The notes below the pieces were generated by a model, which made no database searches, was not told where the DNA came from, and saw only the letters and a program-made list of their open reading frames with translations. DNA of 64,000 nt, from assembly GCA_963832965.1 (NCBI GenBank), contig CAWHVW010000002.1, positions 623,073 through 687,072 of the forward strand, written 5' to 3'. Position numbers and translations under genes: made by a program. This DNA comes from an uncultured Acidobacteriota bacterium. Lineage in GTDB: Bacteria; Acidobacteriota; Terriglobia; Bryobacterales; Bryobacteraceae. Positions 1-9,200 of this stretch are shown here, piece by piece. Numbering within the stretch: the first letter of the stretch is position 1; each line of letters starts with the position of its first letter.

Positions 1-824
1 CCCAGGCTGGAGCTCGCCGCGGCAGCTCCTCCCCCGGTCGTTTCCAGTCCACCAGCCATCGACAGCAACTGAATTACCGAAAGCGACTGTCTCTCGCCCA
101 GCTCGACGCCGGCCGCGCGGCCCACTTCGAAGATGATGTAAACCAGTTCCGCGCGCTCCACCGAAATGATGTCATACGGCTGCAGAACGACGTCCTCGGC
201 CGGATTGATATTTTGCTGAAGATTGTCCAGCGAAATCGACACGCTGGTGGTTGTTCCATCCGGAGACGTCACGGCGTTGGGCAGCGGAATGGCTCCGAAC
301 TCCGTGCGCCGGGTGATTTTGATTCTGCGGCTCGCGTCCTTGTCCAACCCACCCACCGAGGCGATCATTTCGACCAGGGTCTGGTGTCCCTCCAGAGGAT
401 ATATGCCCGGATTCTTGAACGCTCCGACCACAAATACCGGCTCACGCCGGAACTGGACCACGGTAATGTTCACCCGGGGCTGCTGCACGTACTTGCGGAG
501 TAACTCCACCAGAGTGGCCTCGAGCTGCGCAACCGTCAGGCCTCCCGCCTTCACGCGTCCAAGCAATGGAAGATCCAGATTTCCATCGGCGTCGATCAGG
601 TAAGGGCTCTCGCCGATTTCCGTGACTTCGACGGCTCGAATAATGATCTGGTCGCCCGCTCCGAGGACGTAATTGGGCCGCAGGGCCAGGGTGGGCTCGG
701 GAGCCGCGCCCTCCGTCCCGGCGGGACCCTGGCCCGGCACCGGATTCTGCTGGGGCTCCTGGCCAACGGCAAGGGTGAGAGATAATGCGGTGAAGGCGAG
801 GCACAATCTGAGAAATGGCATCAT
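1..824 (-). CDS. Polysaccharide export protein (Wza/OPX family: Poly_export plus SLBB-like), C-terminal part runs off the window
   Basis: Absent from the ORF track because it is open at the window edge. My minus-strand translation from ATG at 824 gives MMPFLRLCLAFTALSLTLAVGQE (signal peptide), then YVLGAGDQIIIRAVE...YLIDADGNLDLPLLGRVKAGGLTVAQLEATLVELLRKYVQQPRVNITV. No stop down to position 1. Confidence 0.75.
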   Translation of the reverse strand, partial: MMPFLRLCLAFTALSLTLAVGQEPQQNPVPGQGPAGTEGAAPEPTLALRPNYVLGAGDQIIIRAVEVTEIGESPYLIDADGNLDLPLLGRVKAGGLTVAQLEATLVELLRKYVQQPRVNITVVQFRREPVFVVGAFKNPGIYPLEGHQTLVEMIASVGGLDKDASRRIKITRRTEFGAIPLPNAVTSPDGTTTSVSISLDNLQQNINPAEDVVLQPYDIISVERAELVYIIFEVGRAAGVELGERQSLSVIQLLSMAGGLETTGGGAAAASSSL

Positions 825-1300
825 GATATTTCAGGAATTTCCGTTAGTTCCGTAAAAGAGGCGCGCGCGCGACGTAAATGGGCGTCGTTTGCGCAATTCA
901 CCCAATCGCCGAATACTTCTCTTCCGATATACGAAGGAAATATGCACGAGCTCTGGGACTGGGACCATGGGCGGAGCAGACCCGCTCAGAACAACCCAAC
1001 TCCGATTTCGTTCTAAATAGCACACCCGGGGCCACTTTGGCCAACGAGCTGAGTTACTTCATCCGCTAGCTCAGCTTAACATGCAGCCTGGCATCCGTCA
1101 ATGCCTCGCGAGGGGTCCACGAAGGGTCCATGCCGTACGGCCTGAAGGTACTGGGGAGCCGGTTTGTGCCGCTGGCGCCGGCGCCGTAAAGGCCGCCAGC
1201 GGTGTCAGCGCGGCGGCCAGACCGCGTGGTATACTCGTCCCTGCACAAGATGAGATGGCCTTCTCCCTGTCGTTGCGTTCAATCGGAGCTGGCGGGCATC

Positions 1301-1885
1301 ATGAGCGTTCTTATCGCGCTCTCGCCCGTCTACGGACAGACAGCAGTTCCGGCGAACGCCGCGCCGCCGCAATCCCGGACGCTGAATGTGTTCATATTGC
1401 GGGGACAGAATGCGGTCAATTACCTGCCCTCGAATCCTACCCCTGCCATTGTGGTGGAGATCAGAGATAACAACCAGTTTCCCGTCAGCGACGCCAAAGT
1501 CACCTTCACGGCGCCCGCCACCGGCGCTGGCGGACAGTTTGCCGATGGCCAGCATACGGCCACCGTTTCCAGCAACTCCGACGGTCAGGCGGCGGTCGGG
1601 TTTGTTCCGAACCGTGAAACGGGCCCCTATCAAATCTCGGTGGAGGCGCGCGTCGGGGACCGTTACGGCCGCGCGCTCATCTCCGAATTGAATACCGATA
1701 CGCAGAACCAGCAGGAGCTCACGGGTAAGCACAAGAAACCGTGGTACCGGAGCTGGATATTCATCGGTGTCGTCGCCGCCGCCGGTATTGCCGCCGGGGT
1801 GATTCTGGCGACTCGCGGGGGCGGGGGAACCTCATCCAAAACGGTCACCATCACCCCCGGCCCGCCAACCGTTGGCGCGCCCTGA
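1301..1885 (+). CDS. Hypothetical membrane-anchored protein with a bacterial Ig-like (Big_1-like) segment
   Basis: ORF 1202..1885. The segment VVEIRDNNQFPVSDAKVTFTAPATGAGGQFADGQHTATVSSNSDGQAAVGFV resembles invasin/intimin Ig repeats. C-terminal TM helix WIFIGVVAAAGIAAGVILA. Start uncertain (1202, 1247 or 1301). Confidence 0.45.
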   Translation: MSVLIALSPVYGQTAVPANAAPPQSRTLNVFILRGQNAVNYLPSNPTPAIVVEIRDNNQFPVSDAKVTFTAPATGAGGQFADGQHTATVSSNSDGQAAVGFVPNRETGPYQISVEARVGDRYGRALISELNTDTQNQQELTGKHKKPWYRSWIFIGVVAAAGIAAGVILATRGGGGTSSKTVTITPGPPTVGAP

Positions 1886-2014
1886 CCTGCTAGTACCAAC
1901 TCACTAAACTAAGAGTCCCGTTTACGCTGGATTGCGGCTGTTTGAGCGCGGCGCGGATGTATGCTGGTTTCGTGGTGCTCCACTGGATCCGTGCGTGACA
2001 GGTATCAAGAAGCG

Positions 2015-3397
2015 ATGTTGGGCTTGAAGCTGACGGATACCGAGCCGGGGTCCTTGCCCGGAGGCCGCGGCAGGAAATTTCTTGCCGGTGTTTTTTCGCT
2101 CGGTCTGCACGCCGTCCTCATTCTTGGATTTCTCTTCGTACAACGGCTGGTCCCGCCGTCGCGCCCGATCTATGAAACGTACATTCAGCCGAATGAGGCC
2201 AAACTGATTTGGCGGCACATTGCCCAACCCTTGCCGGAGGTGTCGCCCAGTCCGTCAACGGTGCGCAACCGGCCCCGCGTGCAGGTTCGCACCGAGCAAA
2301 CCATCGTCGTGTCATCGCCCAAACCGGCCAGCAGGCGGCAAATGGTTTGGCAGCCTAAAACGCCGGAAACGCTGACCCACGACGTGCCCACCCGGAACGT
2401 GATTGAGGTCCCTCCGCCTTCCATTTCGCAAGCGGCGGCAACGCCGTCTCCTATCCCCGTCACCAGGAGCTTCGTCCCACCGCCAAAGAGCGAACCCACG
2501 CCCGTGCCGAACGCTCCCACTCTGGTCGCGCCCGACGCGCCGGCGATACAGGAGGGGCTTTCGGCAATGTCCGCCGTCCCGCTCGCGTCACGAACGTTCG
2601 TCCCGCCTCCACCCGAAGCTTCCACCCGCGGTTCCGGAGATACGGGCCTGCAGGCGCCGCCATCTCTGGGAGCGGGCGCGCTGTCCCAGTCCCAATCGCC
2701 CGTCGCCGTCGTGGGGCTCGACGCCCCTAATCGCAGCATGCCTCTTCCACCGGGATCGCGCGAAGCGCAATTTTCGACTGGCCCGGTTTCCGGAACCGGT
2801 CCGGCGGGGGGAAACGGCGTGCACGTCCCCGGGCTGACCATTCACGGGGTCAATGGGGCGGAGGCCGGTTCCTCCGGGACCACCCGAACCGCCGTCGCCA
2901 CCCCCACCCGTGAGATCCTCTACCGCGACGTCTCCGGCACCAGCGGGATACAGTCCATCTCCGCGCCCTTGCGCGCCGGAGCAAGGCGGATTCCGGCGAT
3001 GATCGAGAATCACTTCGCCGGCCGCAACGTGTACGTTCTCGCGCTGGCGGCTCCTCGCCTGCCTTGCTACTCCGGCGAATGGGTTCTGTGGTTCGGCGAG
3101 CGGAACGAGAAATCGTTCGAGTCGCCCAGAATCAGGGCTCCCCTTCCTTTCCGCAAAAGGGAAATCGTGGGAGAGCAACTCGCCGGCGGCTCGGTCACCA
3201 CCAGGGCCGTACTGTCCATAGTCATCTCGGCGAATGGAACCGTCGAATCGGTGAAGCCGCTCGAGGGTGTTACCGCGGAGACGGAGCGCCGGATCACCGG
3301 CGAGGTTCAGTCGTGGCAATTCCTGCCCGCGCTCCGCGACGGAGTCGCCATACCGGTCGATGCCATCGTGGCGATCCCATTCCGGCTTGCCCCATGA
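2015..3397 (+). CDS. TonB-family energy-transducer-like protein
   Basis: ORF 1961..3397. N-terminal TM helix (FLAGVFSLGLHAVLILGFLFV), long Pro-rich linker, C-terminal TonB_C-like end (GTVESVKPLEGV...VQSWQFLPALRDGVAIPVDAIVAIPFRL). Start taken at the internal Met MLGLK. Confidence 0.6.
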   Translation: MLGLKLTDTEPGSLPGGRGRKFLAGVFSLGLHAVLILGFLFVQRLVPPSRPIYETYIQPNEAKLIWRHIAQPLPEVSPSPSTVRNRPRVQVRTEQTIVVSSPKPASRRQMVWQPKTPETLTHDVPTRNVIEVPPPSISQAAATPSPIPVTRSFVPPPKSEPTPVPNAPTLVAPDAPAIQEGLSAMSAVPLASRTFVPPPPEASTRGSGDTGLQAPPSLGAGALSQSQSPVAVVGLDAPNRSMPLPPGSREAQFSTGPVSGTGPAGGNGVHVPGLTIHGVNGAEAGSSGTTRTAVATPTREILYRDVSGTSGIQSISAPLRAGARRIPAMIENHFAGRNVYVLALAAPRLPCYSGEWVLWFGERNEKSFESPRIRAPLPFRKREIVGEQLAGGSVTTRAVLSIVISANGTVESVKPLEGVTAETERRITGEVQSWQFLPALRDGVAIPVDAIVAIPFRLAP

Positions 3398-3698
3398 ATG
3401 CCTGCAATGAGATACGGACGAACTGCGCCGCGCTCGACGGAGCATCGGTAACTCTGCTATCTGCCTCGCTCGGCCTGTGGAAATCGCTGGTCCAACGGAA
3501 GATCCCGGTGCGTTGGATGGCGGCCTTTCAGCCGGGGTGTTTGCGCTTTTCGGCGGCCCGGCTTGTCTTAAAATTCAAATCCTCATCATCCAGTCCCAAG
3601 ATTCGGTCCCAGTACCTCTATTCCTTAATCCGCCAACCGCGTAAGTCATTCTGCCACCGACAGATCCAGGCGAGGTATGCTTTGGCCCGGGAACTGCA

Positions 3699-3704
3699 TA
3701 TAAT
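3699..3704 (+). promoter_or_regulatory. Candidate -10 hexamer (perfect TATAAT) in the 440-nt leader upstream of the polysaccharide operon
   Basis: gaactgcaTATAATggag. The -35 is weak (tatgct at 17-nt spacing). A perfect TATAAT is unusual in this high-GC sequence. Confidence 0.25.
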
Positions 3705-3760
3705 GGAGATAGGTTTTCAACGGGTCTTCCACGGGGGAGCGCCAAAAATGGGACTGAAGG

Positions 3761-3768
3761 GGCGGTAG
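3761..3768 (+). promoter_or_regulatory. ops-like element GGCGGTAG in the operon leader
   Basis: Exact match to the 8-nt core of the enterobacterial ops/JUMPStart RfaH-recruitment element. It lies about 55 nt downstream of the TATAAT and 69 nt upstream of the RfaH/UpxY-like gene, in the same orientation. Confidence 0.3.
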
Positions 3769-3836
3769 CCTACCCAGTCCACTCCCCGAGCCAGTTCAAC
3801 AAGTTGGATTCCGCTCTCCCTACAAGCGATTCGGCC

Positions 3837-4374
3837 ATGACGCCTCAGTGGTTTGCAGTTCGCGTGCAATCGCGATGCGAAAAAGTGGTTGCTGCCGCCG
3901 CCCGCGGCAAGGGCTTCGAGGACTTTCTGCCCGCTGCACCGGTACCGGCATCGCTGGTCCGACCGGTCCAAGTGGGTGGAGGTTCCGCTGTTTCCTGGCT
4001 ACCTGTTCTGCCGATTGAATCCCGAAGAACGGTTCTCTCTTCTGACCATCCCTGGCGTCATGCATATTGTCGGCGTGGGCAGGACCCCCGAGCCGGTGGA
4101 CGAGCAGGAAATCTTGGCGATCCAGCATGCCGTCGCGCTCGGATGCCAGCGTCGAGCCGTGGCCCTTCGTCGAAGCAGGGCAGCGCGTCCGTCTCTCAAC
4201 GGACCGTTGCAGGTCTCGAAGGAATCCTCGTCGAGGCCAATGAGGAGCGCCGCGTGGTCGGTCGGACTGACCGTTCTGAAGCGATCCGTCGCGGTGAAGA
4301 TCGAACGCGATTGGATGGAGCCGATGGCCCGCTCGGCCGTCTCGGCCGCGTCCTCGTCCGCACTGAAATTCTGA
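3837..4374 (+). pseudogene. NusG-paralogue (RfaH/UpxY-like) transcription antiterminator, broken by about 5 frameshifts
   Basis: The pieces MTPQWFAVRVQSRCEKVVAAAARGKGFEDFLP, YRHRWSDRSKWVEVPLFPGYLFCRLNPEERFSLLTIPGVMHIVGVGRTPEPVDEQEILAIQHAVALG, ASVEPWPFVEAGQRVRL, GLEGILVEANEERRVV and VGLTVLKRSVAVKIERDWMEP lie in different frames. They are collinear with the intact paralogue at 48935..49540. Confidence 0.75.
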
Positions 4375-4392
4375 CCCGGCTTAAGGTTCACT

Positions 4393-5495
4393 ATGGTACC
4401 TAATGCGACTCCGGATTATGGATTTCTCACTGAGGAGGCGTTCGTCCGCAGGCTCCATTTGGAGCAAAAGAGAACGGAGCGGTCGCGGCGGCCGTTCGTC
4501 TTTGTGCTGCTGGAGGCGAGGAACCTCATCAAGGGCGGGCAGAAGCAGGGAGTGTGCGAGCGGATTGCGGAGACGCTGGCGACTTTCCACCCGCGAGACC
4601 GACATCAAGGGATGGTACGAGAAGGGATCGTCCATCGGCGTGATTTTCACGGAGGTCGGCGCGGCGCCCGGCGCTTCGATCGGGAATGCTCCTCGTCGCC
4701 AAGATCCAGCGTCTGCTGGAGAGCAAACTGACCGCGCGCGAACTCGGCGAGGTCACACTTTCCTTTTATGTTTTCCCCGAGGACTGGGATATCGGAAGCA
4801 AGAGCGGCTCCGCCGCGGCCATCCTTTATCCGGACTCAGTGCGCGCCAAAAAAGCCTCGCAGCTCGTCAAGCGATGCGTGGATATTGCCGGGAGCCTTTG
4901 CTGCGATCGTTCTGGGATCGCCCGCTGTTTCTGCTGATCGCGGCCTTGATCAAGCTGACTTCGAAGGGTCCCGTTCTCTTCCGGCAGGAGCGAGTGGGCC
5001 AATACGGCCGCAAGTTCACTTTCCTGAAGTTCCGTTCCATGTACGTGAACAACGATCACGCCATTCATCGGGAGTACGTGAAGAGTTTGATCGCAGGCGT
5101 CCGCGGATTTGAAAGATGCCCCGGGCGGGCATCGGAAGTTCTACAAGCTCACGAACGACCCGCGCATCACCCGGATCGGCGGATTCCTGCGAAAAACCAG
5201 CTTCGATGAGATCCCGCAGTTCCTCAACGTCCTGCGGGGAGAGATGTCGCTGGTCGGGCCGCGGCCGCCGATCCCCTACGAAGTCGAGAGCTACGACATC
5301 TGGCATCGGCGGCGCTTGCTGGGGGTGAAGCCGGGAATCACCGGGCTGTGGCAGGTTGCCGGGAGAAGCCGGACCACCTTTGATGAGATGGTTCGGCTGG
5401 ACCTGCAATACGCGAAGTCGTGGTCGTTTTGGCTGGACCTGAAGATTTTGTTACAGACGCCGCGCGCGGTGGTTGCCGGCGACGGCGCTTATTAA
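4393..5495 (+). pseudogene. Priming sugar transferase (Bac_transf / polyprenyl glycosylphosphotransferase family), about 5 frameshifts
   Basis: The C-terminal catalytic region is split between frames: [45 protein letters not shown], then [43 protein letters not shown]...GITGLWQVAGRS. The N-terminal part is spread over ORFs 4393, 4403, 4686 and 4768. Confidence 0.8.
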
Positions 5496-5519
5496 TTTAG
5501 ACGGAGAGGATATCGAGGC

Positions 5520-6525
5520 ATGATTCGATTTGGCGTTATCGGTTACGGATATTGGGGACCCAACATAGTCCGTAATCTGCACGGTCTTGATTCGGCGCAG
5601 GTCGTTGCAATCTGCGACCAGAACGAGACCGCCTTGCGCCGGGCCAAGCAGGCTTACCCCGGCATTCGCGTGACCGACCGACTGTTCGGAGCTCCTGACG
5701 TCTCCGGATATCGACGCGATCGCGGTGATCACTCCGGTCTGGACTCATTTTGAGCTGGCCAAGAGCGCGCTTAGACAACGGGAAGCACGTTTTCGTCGAG
5801 AAGCCATTCACGTCCACGTCCGCCCAGGCCGAGCAACTGATCGATCTGGCGGAACAAAAGAATCTTCAAATCATGGTGGACCATACGTTCCTGTTCACCG
5901 GCGCCGTGAAGAAGATTCGCCAGCTGATCGATGACAACACGCTGGGCAAGCTCTACTACTACGACTCCACCCGCGTGAACCTGGGTCTTTTCCAGCATGA
6001 CGTGAACGTGCTGTGGGATCTTGCTCCTCACGATTTGTCCATCGTCGACTATCTGATTGGGGAGCGGCCCGAGGCGATCGTCGCCACCGGCGAGAAGCAC
6101 CTGAACGGGCTGACCGATGTCGCCTATCTCACGGCCTACTTCCCGGACAACGTCATCGCGCACATCAATGTGAACTGGCTTTCGCCGGTCAAGGTTCGGA
6201 CCACGCTGATCGGCGGAGAAAAGAAGATGCTGGTGTGGAACGATCTCGAGGCGGACGAGAAGATCAAGGTCTACGACCGCGGCGTCAAGATGAACAACCG
6301 CGAAGGGCGTCTACAACCTGCTGGTCAGCTACCGCTCCGGCGACATGTGGGCGCCGAAGATCGAGGCGGCGGAAGCGCTGAAGGCCGAGCTGGCGTACTT
6401 CGTGCGAGTGCATCCATAGCGGCGAGCCGCCCATCAACGACGGCCTGGCGGGCTTGCGAATCGTGCGAATGCTCGAAGCGGCCGAGGAATCCTTGAAGCG
6501 CAAGGGGGAGGCGGTGTACGCGTGA
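5520..6525 (+). pseudogene. Gfo/Idh/MocA-family NAD-dependent oxidoreductase (WbpB-like), about 4 frameshifts
   Basis: MIRFGVIGYGYWGPNIVRNL (Rossmann fold). ELLTSPDIDAIAVITPVWTHFELAKSAL and GKHVFVEKPFTSTSAQAEQLIDLAEQKNLQIMVDHTFLF lie in other frames. The tail VYNLLVSYRSGDMWAPKIEAAEALKAELAYF / CIHSGEPPINDGLAGLRIVRMLEAAEES is in two further frames. Confidence 0.8.
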
Positions 6526-6999
6526 ACGACTTCAGGTGCATTGCGGCGGACGTCAAGCTCGGCAAGGACGTCAAGCTGGCGCAGTTCGTGAACCTCTATG
6601 GCTGCGAAATCGGCGATGAGACCAAGATCGGAGCGTTCGTCGAGATCCAGAAGAACGCGCGGGTCGGCGCGAGGTGCAAGATCTCCAGCCACACCTTCGT
6701 TTGCGAAGGCGTGACCATCGAAGACAACGTCTTCATCGGGCACAACGTGGCGTTCATCAACGACACCTATCCGCGCGCGACCACTCCGGAGCGGCGAGTT
6801 GCAAACCGAGCAGGACTGGAAAGTCGAAACCACGCTGGTAAAGAAGGGCGCCTCCATCGGATCCGGCGCCACGATTCTCGCCAACGTGACCATCGGCGAG
6901 AACGCCATGGTGGGCGCCGGCAGCGTCGTCACCAAGGACGTTCCGGCGAATACGGTGGTCGCCGGCAATCCGGCGCGCGTCTTGCGGAGTGTGGCCTGA
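6522..6999 (+). pseudogene. Left-handed beta-helix (hexapeptide) N-acetyltransferase (WbpD/WxcM-C-like), 1 frameshift near 6790
   Basis: ORF 6522 (..[57 protein letters not shown]) continues in ORF 6799 ([55 protein letters not shown]). Confidence 0.8.
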
Positions 7000-7017
7000 G
7001 GCCGTCGGGAGCGCGAA

Positions 7018-8229
7018 ATGAGCAGCGCAAACGAAATTCCATTTCTGGACCTCGTCACTCCTCACGCGGAGTTGAAGGAAGAGCTGTGCGAGGTGTTCAA
7101 CACCGCCCTGGAGACCGCCGGCTTCATCGGCGGTCCGATGGTGCAGGGCTTCGAGACAGGATTTCGCGCGGTACTGCGAGGCCGCGCATTGCGTGGGCGT
7201 CGGCAGTGGAACGGATGCGCTGCGGTTTGCGCTGATCGCCGCCGGTATCGGCGCCGGTGACGCCGTCGTCACCGTTCCGAACACCTTCATCGCGACCACC
7301 GAGGCAATTTCGCAGGCGGGCGCGCGGCCGGTCTTCGTGGACATCGACGAAGCCACTTACAACCTCGATCCGGAAAAGCTTCGCGAGTACCTCGAGGCCG
7401 GGTGCGACCTCGATTCGAAGACCGGAGACGCTGATCGACAGGAAGACCGAGAGCTCGCGTAGCGGCAGTCATCCCGGTCCACCTGTACGGCCAGATGGCG
7501 GACATGGATCCCGATCCTCGAACTCGCCGAGCAATACGACCTGATCGTCATCGAAGACGCCTGCCAGGCGCACGGCGCGGAGTATTTCTCGAAGAAGCAG
7601 AACCGCTGGTGCAAAGCCGGGTCGATGGGCCGGGCCGCCGCATTCAGCTTTTATCCGGGCAAGAACCTCGGCGCCTGCGGAGAAGCGGGTGCGGTGACCA
7701 CGAACGACGCGGAGCTGGCGCAGAAAATGCGAATGCTTCGCGACCACGGCCAGGCCCAGAAGTATTATCACGACATGGAAGGCTACAACGGCCGGCTGGA
7801 TTCGATCCAGGCCGGCATTCTGCGGGTCAAGCTGAAGCATCTCCCGGAGTGGACCGAGGGGCGCCGCGCGGCTGCGGCCCGCTACCGGGAATTGTTCGCG
7901 GACAGCGGATGCAACGATTGCGCTTGCCGTACGAGCCGGAGTGGAGCAAGGCCGTCTATCACCTGTTCGTGGTGCAGGGTCGCAGGACCGGGAAGAGCTC
8001 ATGAAGCACCTGGCCGCCGCGGGCATCGGCACCGGAATCCACTACCCGATTCCGCTGCACCTTCAGAAGGCCTATCAGGGGCTGGGCTATTCGGAGGGCG
8101 ATTTCCCGGTCGCCGAGAAGGTCGGCAGCCGAGATCGTGTCGTTGCCCATGTTCCCGCAACTACAGGCGAGTCAGCAGCAGAGGGTCGTCAGCGAAGCGA
8201 TGGCGTTTGCCGCGGCCACCATGGCTTGA
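7018..8229 (+). pseudogene. DegT/DnrJ/EryC1/StrS-family PLP sugar aminotransferase (WbpE-like), about 7 frameshifts
   Basis: Collinear pieces lie in alternating frames: [109 protein letters not shown]...[68 protein letters not shown]. Confidence 0.8.
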
Positions 8230-8236
8230 TTGCGCG

Positions 8237-9070
8237 ATGCCACGGGCGGACGACCTCGCAACCCGCTATTTCTTCCATCCACTCAAGGCCTTATTCCCCC
8301 CGGGTTCGCGCCTTCCGATACTCATGTATCACAGCATCTCGAATCGGGAGGAGCGGGCTCACCCTTACTACCGGACGGTTACGTCTCCCGAAGTTTTCGC
8401 GCAGCACATGCATCACCTGCACGAAAACGGATACTCGACGCCCGGCCTGCAGGAAGCCGTGGGGTGGCTCGACGCGCCTCGCAATGGCCAGGGGAGGCCG
8501 GTAGTCATTACCTTCGACGACGGCTTTCAGGATTTCTACACGAACGCCTTCCCGATCCTGAGCCGGTACGGTCTTGGCGCCACCATGTTTCTGCCGACGG
8601 CTTATATCGGGAAAACGGCGCGTACCTTTAAGGGAGCGGACTGCATGACCTGGGGGCAGGTCCGCGAACTGCGCGAAGCGGGCGTCGAATTCGGTTCCCA
8701 TACGGTGACTCATCCCCAGCTCAAGACTCTGAAGGACGAAGAGGTTCAGCGGGAGATTCAACAATCCCGGGAGGACATCGAGCAGGAGCTGGGTGGCGCC
8801 GTTACCTCTTTCGCGTATCCCTACGCCTTTCCGGAGACGGACCGGGCCTTCACCGCCAGGCTCCGCGGGCACCTTCAGCAGTCGGGTTACCAGACCGGCG
8901 TATCCACGAGCATCGGGAGGGCCAGCCAGACCGATGACAAGTTTTTTATGCGCCGGCTGCCGGTGAATTCCTGTGACGATTCGCGCCTTTTTGCGGCCAA
9001 GCTGGACGGCGGCTATGACTGGCTGCACGCGGTCCAGTATGCGTCCAAGCTAATCTCCGGGCGCAAGTGA
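8237..9070 (+). CDS. Polysaccharide deacetylase (CE4/NodB family)
   Basis: In frame inside ORF 7625..9070, starting at ATG 8237. Motifs [30 protein letters not shown]. Confidence 0.8.
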   Translation: MPRADDLATRYFFHPLKALFPPGSRLPILMYHSISNREERAHPYYRTVTSPEVFAQHMHHLHENGYSTPGLQEAVGWLDAPRNGQGRPVVITFDDGFQDFYTNAFPILSRYGLGATMFLPTAYIGKTARTFKGADCMTWGQVRELREAGVEFGSHTVTHPQLKTLKDEEVQREIQQSREDIEQELGGAVTSFAYPYAFPETDRAFTARLRGHLQQSGYQTGVSTSIGRASQTDDKFFMRRLPVNSCDDSRLFAAKLDGGYDWLHAVQYASKLISGRK

Positions 9071-9200
9071 TTTCCTTAAGGCGTACTCTGTAGAACCCTG
9101 TAGATTCAAATCCTTAGCCAGGACCGGTTCATAATTCACCCAGGCAAGGTAGACTAGAGTTCTCACCAATACCTGACGATATGGTACCCGGAGAGCTGGA

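Noticed and set aside
9182-9197. TGGTAC-ccgga-GAGCT with correct GG/GC spacing upstream of the beta-helix gene.
   Set aside because: It ends 4-10 nt before the start codon and overlaps the GGAG ribosome-binding site, leaving no room for a transcript 5' end. Both half-sites are poor.
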